Shown: positions 25,401-32,339 of the stretch, piece after piece
Layout: the number at the start of each line of letters is the position of its first letter
Numbering within the stretch: position 1 is the first letter of the stretch
NCBI GenBank assembly: GCA_003164655.1
Contig: PLTW01000091.1
Location: 1 to 35,413 of the forward strand
From: Actinomycetota bacterium
GTDB lineage: Bacteria; Actinomycetota; Thermoleophilia; UBA2241
Direction: 5' to 3'
DNA length: 35,413 nt
The notes under the pieces: generated by a model
Told to the model about the DNA's origin: nothing
The model's database searches: none
Seen by the model: only the letters and a program-made list of their open reading frames with translations
Position numbers and translations under genes: made by a program

Positions 25401-26379
25401 GTTCAAGGATTTCAACGACCGCTACGGTCACAGCGCCGGCGACGATGCGCTGCGCAGCGTGGCGCGCGTGATCGACGGCTGCATCAGGCACGTCGACCTC
25501 GCGGCGCGCTACGGCGGCGAGGAGTTCGCGGTCATTCTGCTGGGCAGCGACGCCGACGCCGCCGCCGATGTGGCCGGGCGCGTCCGGCGCGAGGTCGCGG
25601 CGTCCCAACCGATCGCCGGCAACGACGCTCACGTTACGATCAGCATCGGCGTGGCGTCGTTCCCCGCCGACGCCGGCCTCAAGGAGGAGTTGCTCGACAA
25701 GGCCGACTGGGCCATGCGCCTGGCCAAGCGTCGGGGGCGCGACCGGGTGGTCGCGTTCACGTCGGGCCAGTCCGACGACGCTCCGGCCGAGCTTGGCCTG
25801 GCGGCATCGCACACAAGCTGGGCTGCCTTGGCCGACGCCGTCGACGCCAAGCAGCACACCGCCGGCGCGCGCTCGCGGGCAATGGCGCGCATCGCCGCTC
25901 AGGTGGCCGCCGAACTCGGCCTCGACGGCGCCGCCGGTCGGCAGGTCGTCGAGGCGGCGCGGCTTAGTGATATCGGCGAAATCGGCGTGCCCGACGACGT
26001 CCTGAACAAGCCCGGTGAGCTGACACCCGACGAGCGCCGGCTGATACGCGAGCATCCGCTCGCCGGCGAGCGTCTGCTGCGCGGCCTAGGAGCGAGCGAG
26101 CCGCTCACCCAGGCGGTGGTTCACCACCACGAGCGCTTCGACGGCACAGGGTACCCGAGCGGCCTCGCCGGCGAGGCCATCCCGCTGCCCTCGCGCATCG
26201 TGCTGGTGGCGGCCGCCTGGTGCGCCATGACGGGCCGTCGCCCCCATGCGCCGCAGCTCGATGCCGGCCAGGCCCTCGCCGAGCTGCGGCGCTGCGCCGG
26301 CACTCAGTTCGACGGCCGCGTGGTCGAGGCTCTGGCCCGCGCGGTCGCCGGCGAGCGGGACGCTCCACGGCAGGACTGA
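22453..26379 (+). CDS. 1308-aa multidomain c-di-GMP signalling protein: excisionase/MerR-type HTH, three GAF-like domains, HD-GYP, Cache/PDC-like domain, GGDEF, and a second degenerate HD-GYP
   Basis: HTH: LGPAAELLGVSVNTLRRWSDAGKVACYRSAGGHRRYRRADIDALL. HD-GYP 1: GHAARVG...YLHDIGKIGV...HHHEHWDGTGYPDG. GGDEF: TDGLTGLYNHRYL...RHVDLAARYGGEEFAVIL. HD-GYP 2: ...RLSDIGEIGV...HHHERFDGTGYPSG. Confidence 0.9.
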   Translation: MGSPSTPTTDRRWLRLGPAAELLGVSVNTLRRWSDAGKVACYRSAGGHRRYRRADIDALLRDGAGTDAARIAALEARNRDLQLLVEAGIEEASHLSTDDVLQSVARRLARLTRSPVADIYAVEGETLRALVSYDHGVFDRAWEGTTVRLRDFPCSAIAVGQRRVSLAASLDDPVLTPTGRKSLEKWGYQSQLAAPLVARDAVIGILELSDYVPRDFSEHLELIEGLAHVAGRALDNAALFDEIRRRNEILHELVEFGALATRAGDVTELLRIAARRLVETLGAADCDVFTLEGDTTLLSRVSYDRNGYDDDSVGHSLRVDDFPNVKMAIESQQIAVIASPDDPRIDVEERRVFAEWGFKSNLSLPLVVDGVVHGLIDIYDDEPGDYAEYLDFLMTVGQLLAGALGKARLLERLEGSNDELRQLVDSGLEFGSSLELDDVLYSVAGRMRGLAGAQECEVSGLEGSELVVRICVGGDGRRDGKTGVRRSADAHRATQRAIATRQPVAVRDAADGLNAEERTILLESGHRASIHLPLIVRGEVIGLVALYDSRAREFPRVQLLQGLAQIAAQAMDNARLYDEIKRMHLGNLKALSSALNAKDYYTLGHAARVGAYMVLLGHELGWSDETIHQVEEAAYLHDIGKIGVADRVLLKPSGLNSREWDLMRQHPIFSADILRPLFADDLVLGVRHHHEHWDGTGYPDGRAAEAIPLVARAMCVADSYDAMSFRRPYRQALRYHEALAELDHCSGTQFDPQMVVAFKRVLARLHEQRDLACEVAALAAARIDPDEHATLRVALDESRPEYLHIAAELRAVRDDHPQVRYLTTVVVGADAKATIVVDAEQAPDERAPLGSEIFADDELLETFAGASPDVNVLYVDQWGVWVSGLATVRDRRGEVVAIVQADIPPAGLSGAEMAGLRSDVAQAFAAMFQAAAARLGRTELDAITDGLTGLYNHRYLHERLSEEIERARQDNRSLSLLFCGLDRFKDFNDRYGHSAGDDALRSVARVIDGCIRHVDLAARYGGEEFAVILLGSDADAAADVAGRVRREVAASQPIAGNDAHVTISIGVASFPADAGLKEELLDKADWAMRLAKRRGRDRVVAFTSGQSDDAPAELGLAASHTSWAALADAVDAKQHTAGARSRAMARIAAQVAAELGLDGAAGRQVVEAARLSDIGEIGVPDDVLNKPGELTPDERRLIREHPLAGERLLRGLGASEPLTQAVVHHHERFDGTGYPSGLAGEAIPLPSRIVLVAAAWCAMTGRRPHAPQLDAGQALAELRRCAGTQFDGRVVEALARAVAGERDAPRQD

Positions 26380-26439
26380 GAGCTGGCGAGGCGCGGCGCA
26401 GGCCCCCCCGGACCCACACCGCGCCTCACGCCTTTACGC

Positions 26440-26637
26440 TCAGACGATCAGGTACGAGGTGAGGTAATCGACGAGCGCCCGGTCTTCGGCGCCCATCTCC
26501 AGCGTGGTCAGCAGGCGACACAGGCTTTCGTTGTCGCTCACGAGCAGCGCCCCGAGACGATCGTAGCGATCGAGCATGTGGTCGACGACTTGCGCCTTCT
26601 GCTTGCGAGTCATCGTCCTCCGCTCTGAGTCCTGCAT
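26440..26637 (-). CDS. Small hypothetical protein (65 aa from ATG 26637; up to 77 aa from 26673)
   Basis: MQDSERRTMTRKQKAQVVDHMLDRYDRLGALLVSDNESLCRLLTTLEMGAEDRALVDYLTSYLIV. The composition is not Arg/Ala-shadow-like and GC3 is high. GGGGG lies 6 nt upstream of the 26637 ATG. No family recognised. Confidence 0.45.
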   Translation of the reverse strand: MQDSERRTMTRKQKAQVVDHMLDRYDRLGALLVSDNESLCRLLTTLEMGAEDRALVDYLTSYLIV

Positions 26638-26795
26638 GTCGACCCCCTGTCGCTCCCTCTCTGCACCTGACATCGCCAGCCCATTTCGGGGGTTGTATAG
26701 GACGACCGTCTATGTCGCCAGAGTGGCTACGCCACAGGGCGCGATACGGGACTCGATTCGAGCCTGACGGGGGCCATCGCCGAGCCTGAGCGCAG

Positions 26796-26882
26796 GCGCG
26801 AATCCGTCGCCGCGCGAGGCGACGCCGAAGCCGACCGCGGGCGTAAATCCGTCGCCGCCCGAGGCGACGCCGTCCGCGGCGG
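26796..26882 (-). terminator. Two tandem 45-bp hairpin-containing repeats downstream of the ureohydrolase gene (candidate tandem terminators)
   Basis: aatccGTCGCCgcgcgaGGCGACgcc (26801..26826) and aatccGTCGCCgcccgaGGCGACgcc (26846..26871). On the minus-strand RNA each hairpin is followed by GGAUUU or GGAUUC. Confidence 0.35.
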
Positions 26883-26915
26883 CCGCCGACCGCCAAGGCG
26901 TGGTCGAACGCCCCC

Positions 26916-27998
26916 TCACGGCCGCTGCAGGGCGATACCGGCGATGACTTCGAGGGCGGCCCGCGCGGCGAGCTGACTCAGGTGTCCCTGCAGATCGTAG
27001 CGGGGCGCGAGGCAGCAGATGTCGAACCCGGCGACCGGCCCGCGCGCCAGAATGCGCAGGGCGCGGATGACCTCGCGCGCCGACAGACCGGCCGGGTCGG
27101 GGTACTTCTGGCCACCGTGGGCCGGGTCGACCACGTCGATGTCGAGCGATACGTACATCGCCTCGGTGCCGGCCGTGGCCGTCTCCAGGGCTTCCTGGGC
27201 GACGGTGGCTATGCCGAGCTCGTCGACGTCGGCCATCGTGTAGTAGCGGTAGCCGAGCTCCTCGGCCACCGCCTTGTCGACGAGCGACTCGCGGCCGCCG
27301 CGCAGGCCGATCTGCACGAAGTTCTCGGGCTCGACGACGCCCAGGTCGAAGGCTCGCGCCCACTGCGATCCAGCCCAGTACTTGGGCTCGTAGCTCATGT
27401 CGAAGTGCGAGTCGAAAACGACGATGCCGAGCTTGCCGTTCAACTTGCCGGCCAGCACCTGGAACACCGGAATGGGGATCGAGTGGTCGCCGCCCAGAAC
27501 GATCGGCACGGCGCCGGCGGCGAGGATGTCGGCCAGCTTGGCATGAGCCCGCAGGAAGGTCTCCTCGACATCGCCCGGCACGACCGCCACGTCGCCGTAA
27601 TCGACCACCCGCAGGTGATCGAGGATGACGAGGTCGGGGTCGGCCTCCGGCACAAACCCGCGTCCGTGGCGCAGCGAGTAGAAGATCGAGTGGCGGCGGA
27701 TGGCGTCGGGGCCGGCGTCGGCCCCGCTGCGGTAGTAGATGGAGCCGTCGGGGGCCGGCGCGGCGCTCGCCGGCGCATAGGTCAGGGGATCGAGCAGCTT
27801 GACGCCCTCGAACGGGATGCCCACGACCGCCGCGCCGGCGCCCTCGAGCGCGGCCGGCGAGCTTGCCGCCGGCGCCTCGGCGAACGTCGGCACGTCACCG
27901 TGCAGGATGGGCGCCATGACCCGCTCGGGCCGGCTTTGCCGCGACGCCGCCGTCGCGGCGCCGCGTTCGTATGCCTCTCGCACCTTCTTGGGGTCCAT
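26916..27998 (-). CDS. Arginase/agmatinase/formiminoglutamase-family ureohydrolase (agmatinase or guanidino-acid hydrolase-like)
   Basis: Mn-binding motifs LGGDHSIPIPV, VVFDSHFDM and YVSLDIDVVDPAHGG. 360 aa. Confidence 0.85.
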   Translation of the reverse strand: MDPKKVREAYERGAATAASRQSRPERVMAPILHGDVPTFAEAPAASSPAALEGAGAAVVGIPFEGVKLLDPLTYAPASAAPAPDGSIYYRSGADAGPDAIRRHSIFYSLRHGRGFVPEADPDLVILDHLRVVDYGDVAVVPGDVEETFLRAHAKLADILAAGAVPIVLGGDHSIPIPVFQVLAGKLNGKLGIVVFDSHFDMSYEPKYWAGSQWARAFDLGVVEPENFVQIGLRGGRESLVDKAVAEELGYRYYTMADVDELGIATVAQEALETATAGTEAMYVSLDIDVVDPAHGGQKYPDPAGLSAREVIRALRILARGPVAGFDICCLAPRYDLQGHLSQLAARAALEVIAGIALQRP

Positions 27999-28004
27999 CT
28001 GTCC

Positions 28005-29180
28005 TCAGCCCTCCCGCCGCGCCGCCGGCGCGGACTGCCCGTCGCTGTGCCAGGTCCGCTCGACCCGCTGAGCCGTAACCGCATCGCAGTCGATCTCTAT
28101 GCCCAGCCCCGGGCCCTCTGGGATCGCGACTACAGAGGCGCCGTCGCGCAGTTCGGTCTTGAGGCCGCGGCCGATGTCGCGCTCCAGGCCGCCCGGTCGC
28201 CAGGGCACGTCGGCGTCGCAGTGCGTCGCGTTGCTGAGAGCGGCGGCGAGGTGGAAATGGGCGGCCAGGCCCAGCGAGCTCTCGCCCATATTGCCGACCA
28301 TGACGCCGACGGCCGCCGCCTCGGCGATCGCGTTGATCTTGAGGGCGTTCAGAATGCCGCCCGACTTCATGAGCTTGACCACGAAGATATCGGCCGCGCC
28401 GGCCTTGACCGCGGCGAGAGCGTGGCACGGCTCGCGCACCGACTCGTCGAGGGCAATGGGCACGTCGACGCGCTCACGCACGCGGCGCGCGGCCTCGAGA
28501 TCGTCCATGCGCACCGGCTGCTCCACGAACTCGATGCAGTACGGCTCGAGCCGCTCGATGGCGCGCACCGCCGTGGCCACGTCGTACCAGCCCTGATTGG
28601 CGTCGACAGTGAGGCGCGCGTGGCGGCCGGCCGCTTCGCGGACGGCCGCCACGCGCGCCTCGTCACGCTCGGGTGTGTCGCCCACCTTGACCTTGAAGAT
28701 GGACACCCCCTCGTCGCGCATGGCCCGCGTCTTGGCGGACAGCGCCGCGGGTTCGTCCCAGCCCCAGGCGATCACCTCGGGCAGGCCGTCGCGCGTGCGG
28801 CCACCGACGAGGTCGACCAGCGGTCGCCCCAGAGCCTTGCCCTGCAGATCCCAGAGCGCCATCTCGAGCGCCGCGCGCGCCGCCTGGTTGCCGACCGTCC
28901 ACAGTTCGCGCTCCCAGATGTGGACGATCTCCTCGATGCGGAACGGGTCGCGTCCGATCGTGGCCGGCGCCAGGTACTCGCCGATCACGTCCTCGACGGT
29001 CCAGAGCGTGTCGCCCGTGAACTCGTAGGCGGGACACGCCTCGCCGTAGCCGGTCAGACCCTCGTCGGTCTCGACGCGCACCAGGTCGCACGGCCCGGCG
29101 GTCAGCGCCGACGAGGCGATGACGAACGGCTCCTCGTAGGCAAGTTCGAGGGTCTCGACACTGACGGCGGTGACCTTCAT
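28005..29180 (-). CDS. Enolase-superfamily enzyme, muconate-lactonizing-enzyme subgroup (dipeptide epimerase or N-acylamino-acid racemase-like)
   Basis: ATG at 29180 follows GGAGG. KxK motif IFKVKVGD. Metal ligands in TVDANQGW, FVEQP and ALDES. Second base in FVVKLMKSGG. The stop is 6 nt before the ureohydrolase start. Confidence 0.85.
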   Translation of the reverse strand: MKVTAVSVETLELAYEEPFVIASSALTAGPCDLVRVETDEGLTGYGEACPAYEFTGDTLWTVEDVIGEYLAPATIGRDPFRIEEIVHIWERELWTVGNQAARAALEMALWDLQGKALGRPLVDLVGGRTRDGLPEVIAWGWDEPAALSAKTRAMRDEGVSIFKVKVGDTPERDEARVAAVREAAGRHARLTVDANQGWYDVATAVRAIERLEPYCIEFVEQPVRMDDLEAARRVRERVDVPIALDESVREPCHALAAVKAGAADIFVVKLMKSGGILNALKINAIAEAAAVGVMVGNMGESSLGLAAHFHLAAALSNATHCDADVPWRPGGLERDIGRGLKTELRDGASVVAIPEGPGLGIEIDCDAVTAQRVERTWHSDGQSAPAARREG

Positions 29181-29310
29181 GTGCGCCTCCGTAAACGCAG
29201 AACGCGCGGACCGCATCAGTCTATGCCGTCCCGGCGAACTTGCCGAACGCGCCGGAATCGGGTACAAACAAAGTCCGCGCGAGGCCGTTCGCCGACCCGC
29301 GCCCACTTGT

Positions 29311-29386
29311 GGGGCATTAGCTCAGCTGGGAGAGCGCCTGGATCGCACCCAGGAGGTCAGCGGTTCGATTCCGCTATGCTCCACCA
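29311..29386 (+). tRNA. tRNA-Ala (anticodon CGC), CCA encoded
   Basis: Manual cloverleaf: acceptor GGGGCAT/ATGCTCC with the G3:U70 alanine identity pair; D arm GCTC-AGCTGGGA-GAGC; anticodon arm CCTGG-ATCGCAC-CCAGG; T arm AGCGG-TTCGATT-CCGCT; discriminator A plus CCA. Confidence 0.95.
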
Positions 29387-29730
29387 CCGTTGTCAGAACG
29401 ACAACGTTCTCCCTGCAGATGAGCCGCTTTTGATGCCCTGTCGCCGGCCCGATCGCTCTACCGCATTCGGCAAGTCCCGGCGCCGCAGCGATCTCCACAG
29501 CCGGTTTGTGGCCCCAAGATCTCGCCGGTCGTGGCCAGTCTGAGCGGGCAAGTCCTCGCACTTCGCCCTCGTTCGACGTGATTGCGCCGGCGCTCGCATT
29601 CGACGGGGCCGTGGCTCGCAGGGTGGGGCGGTCGGCTGGAACCTCCCAGCCTGGCGTATGGATCGAAAACCTCGTCGCCCAAGCCGACGTGCACTGCGGT
29701 CGCCAGAACTCACCGCTCTCAGGAGCGAAG

Positions 29731-29843
29731 AGGAGGTGCGTTGTGAGCCTGCAGATCGAGTTCAGCGCCACCACCGTTGGCGAGACGGCAACGCTTTCCC
29801 CGCCCAGGGTCCGCTTCTGGTGCCCGGTCGCCTGTCTGGTCGC
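29731..29843 (+). repeat. Degenerate direct copy of the tRNA-Ala 3' half plus about 65 nt of its downstream flank (att-like scar)
   Basis: ccaccaccgttg is exact at 29381..29392 and 29768..29779. The following 64 nt match ungapped at 43 of 64 positions by my count. aggaggt and a T-arm-like gcagatcgagtt precede the second copy. Confidence 0.55.
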
Positions 29844-30055
29844 TGACGCGATTATCGTACGGTCGGTCACACCCTGATGGAGAACCTCGCGGGTGAGCCG
29901 GTCCGGCGCCGCGTCCAGCGCTTCGCTTCAGTCTGCGCGGTGAGCTGATTGCAAGTGAAGGTTGCGGTTGGCACACACCGGCGCGGGCCCGTGGTGGGCG
30001 CTCGCGTGAGCTCTCCTTGCTTCAAGCGAGCCGCCGCACGAGCGATCGACCGTGA

Positions 30056-31540
30056 CTATCCCAACGACGAGCTGCCGCTGGCTGCGGCCGCGGGAGCCTC
30101 TGGCGCGTGGCCCCCGGCCTCGTCGCGCTCCAGCCGCGCGGCGCGTGGCAACAGCCACACCAGGCCGCAGCACAGCACGGCGACGGCGCCCACGACAATG
30201 AGGCTGACCGCCATCGCATGCGCCTGGCCCGACCGCGCGACAGATCGAAAGTACACGGTGGTTACCGCGGCCGCGCCGATCGCGCCGGCGAGTTGCTGGA
30301 CCGCGCTCAGCGCACCGCTGGCGCTGCCGGCCTCGTCCGCACGAACATCGCCCAGGGCTATGTCGAAGAGGGTGCCGAGGCAGGTGCCCATGCCGACACC
30401 CATGGTGAGGAGCGGCGGGGCCAGACTCCACGGACCGACACTCGTTCCCCGGCCGAGAACGAGCGCGAGCAGCCAGCCGATCCCGGCCAGGGAGATCAGC
30501 AGGCCGCAGAAAATCAACGTGCGGCCGAGCCGGGCGATGAGCTTCATGGCGATGACCGAGGCCGCGACGATGCCGACCGCTACCGGCGCCAGGCTCAGCG
30601 CCGCATGTGCCGGTGTGAGGCCAAGGCCCAGTTGCATGAAGAGCGCGATGACGTAGAACAGACCACTCACGGCGGCAAAGAACGCCAGGCCCATGACGAG
30701 TCCGGACGTGAAGCCGCGGTGGGCGAGCAGCGACGGCTTGATCAGCGGGTTCTCCGCCGTCTTCTGGCGGAAACAGAAAGCGATGAAGCCAAGGAGGCCG
30801 ACCGCTATGGAGACGACCGGCAGCGCAGTCCAGCCGCTGCTCGAGCCCTCGATAAGCCCGAACAGCAGCCCGAACATCGTCATCGCCAGCAGGCCGGCGC
30901 CGAGGCCGTCGAGCACAACGCTCTTGTCGCCCGCGTCTCGGGGAAGCACCCGGAGCGCCGCGGCGAAACCGACGGTGCCCAGCACGATGTTGATGAGGAA
31001 CATGGCGCGCCAGCCGGTGCCGGCGATGTTCGCGTCGATCAGAAAGCCGGCCAGGATCGGACCGCCGACCATGGCCAGACCCAGCGCCGGGCCGAAGAGG
31101 CTGAAGGCTTTGTCCATCATCTCGCGCGTGAAGTGCGCCATCATGATCGCCATGCCCTGGGGGATGAGCAGCGCGCCAAACGCGCCCTGGCAGAGACGGG
31201 CGGTGATGAGCATGACCGGGTCGACGGACAGGCCGCAGGCCAGCGAGGCGAGCGTGAAGCCGGCGATGCCGACGAGAAACAGGCGTCGCTGGCCGTACCG
31301 GTCGCCGAGCCGCCCGCCCATCACCAGCAGCACCCCGAGCGCGAGCGCGTAGCTCGAGCCGAGCCACTTGATCAGCGTCTCGCCGCCGCCAAGGTCCCTG
31401 ACGATCGAGGGCGCGGCGATGTTGGTGACGGTGGCATCGAGCAGGTCCATGACGTCGGCGATGATGGCGACGGCGAGAACGGCCCACATGGCCCGCGCCG
31501 AGAGGGAACCGGGCTTGGTTTCGGAGCGTGAAGTATCCAC
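30056..31540 (-). CDS. MFS transporter, DHA2 (EmrB/QacA-like, 14-TMS) drug:H+ antiporter family
   Basis: 494 aa. VLAVAIIADVMDLLDATVTNIAAPSI; motif A-like GGRLGDRYGQRRLF; motif C-like region; multiple hydrophobic helices throughout. Confidence 0.85.
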   Translation of the reverse strand: MDTSRSETKPGSLSARAMWAVLAVAIIADVMDLLDATVTNIAAPSIVRDLGGGETLIKWLGSSYALALGVLLVMGGRLGDRYGQRRLFLVGIAGFTLASLACGLSVDPVMLITARLCQGAFGALLIPQGMAIMMAHFTREMMDKAFSLFGPALGLAMVGGPILAGFLIDANIAGTGWRAMFLINIVLGTVGFAAALRVLPRDAGDKSVVLDGLGAGLLAMTMFGLLFGLIEGSSSGWTALPVVSIAVGLLGFIAFCFRQKTAENPLIKPSLLAHRGFTSGLVMGLAFFAAVSGLFYVIALFMQLGLGLTPAHAALSLAPVAVGIVAASVIAMKLIARLGRTLIFCGLLISLAGIGWLLALVLGRGTSVGPWSLAPPLLTMGVGMGTCLGTLFDIALGDVRADEAGSASGALSAVQQLAGAIGAAAVTTVYFRSVARSGQAHAMAVSLIVVGAVAVLCCGLVWLLPRAARLERDEAGGHAPEAPAAAASGSSSLG

Positions 31541-31590
31541 CGGTGTCGTTTCCTTTCGATTGAGCGTGCGGGGGCAGACCCGCCGCGGGT

Positions 31591-32268
31591 CTACGGTCGC
31601 GGCGTGCTCAGCACTCCGTTGATCAGTACGTCGAGGGCCCAGTCGTGGCGATCGCCCTTGCCCGACACGAGCTCGTCGCCGAGGGCGTGGATGTTGGGAT
31701 GTTGCTCCGCTGAGACGGAGTGAACGGCTTCGGCGACTCGGGCGAGCTCGCTCTCGTCCTGGCTGCGGCGGTTATCCTGCTCGGCGGCGACGGCGGCCGT
31801 CTGCAGCAAAAGCAGGTCGATCGCCCAGGCGGCCCGGCGAAGGTCGACGCCGCCTTCCGCCAGCAGGCTCAGCAGGGCCTCGGTGAGCGCCATCATGTTG
31901 GGGCCCGAGGGAATGGTGGAGAGCGCGACCTGAGCCAGTCCGGGGCGGGCGAGGAGCACGCCGAAGTACGACCGCAGCAGGGCCTTGAGCCGGTTGCGCC
32001 AGTCACCCGCCTGCTCGGGCGGCAGCTCGACTTCGCCGAGCACGCGGTCCAGGACCAGAACGTGCAGCTCGTTCAGGTCGGCGACGTAGACGTAGAGGGA
32101 CGCGGGGCCTGTGTCGAGGGCCGCCGCCACCTTGCGCAGGCTGAGGCCCGCCATCCCCTCTCGGGACAACAGCTCGAGGGCCGTCGAGACGATCGCCTCC
32201 TGGCTCAGAGGGCTCTTGGCGGGTCGTGTGCGGCGGCTGACGATGCGACGTGATTCAGGCGAGATCAT
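31591..32268 (-). CDS. TetR/AcrR-family transcriptional regulator
   Basis: N-terminal HTH: SQEAIVSTALELLSREGMAGLSLRKVAAALDTGPASLYVYVADLNEL. It lies immediately upstream of the DHA2 transporter on the same strand. Confidence 0.85.
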   Translation of the reverse strand: MISPESRRIVSRRTRPAKSPLSQEAIVSTALELLSREGMAGLSLRKVAAALDTGPASLYVYVADLNELHVLVLDRVLGEVELPPEQAGDWRNRLKALLRSYFGVLLARPGLAQVALSTIPSGPNMMALTEALLSLLAEGGVDLRRAAWAIDLLLLQTAAVAAEQDNRRSQDESELARVAEAVHSVSAEQHPNIHALGDELVSGKGDRHDWALDVLINGVLSTPRP

Positions 32269-32283
32269 GTGACCATCATAGCA

Positions 32284-32313
32284 GACGAACGGCGTTCGTC
32301 AAGAACACCGTTC
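32284..32313. promoter_or_regulatory. Candidate TetR operator: 17-bp perfect palindrome GACGAACGgCGTTCGTC plus a second GAAC-N3-GTTC motif
   Basis: gacgaacggcgttcgtc (32284..32300) has 8-bp arms and a 1-nt centre, which is too tight to form an RNA hairpin. gaacaccgttc lies at 32303..32313. Both are 16 to 45 nt upstream of the tetR start codon at 32268. Confidence 0.45.
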
Positions 32314-32339
32314 GCACTCGAGACGCCCACGCCTTGCGC

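Noticed and set aside
26982-29543. 853-aa plus-strand ORF
   Set aside because: It is antisense to the ureohydrolase and enolase-superfamily genes, and it runs through the tRNA-Ala gene.
29743-29877. 44-codon ORF with a strong GAGGAGG Shine-Dalgarno
   Set aside because: The 'SD' aligns with the aggaggt of the tRNA-Ala variable region within the degenerate tRNA 3'-half duplication. The ORF body is the duplicated tRNA flank. This is more likely a relic than a gene, although translation cannot be excluded.
29928-31531. 519-aa (-) and 474-aa (+) ORFs overlapping the DHA2 transporter
   Set aside because: Only the 30056..31540 minus frame gives a hydrophobic multi-helix MFS protein. The others are Arg/Gly/His-rich shadow frames.
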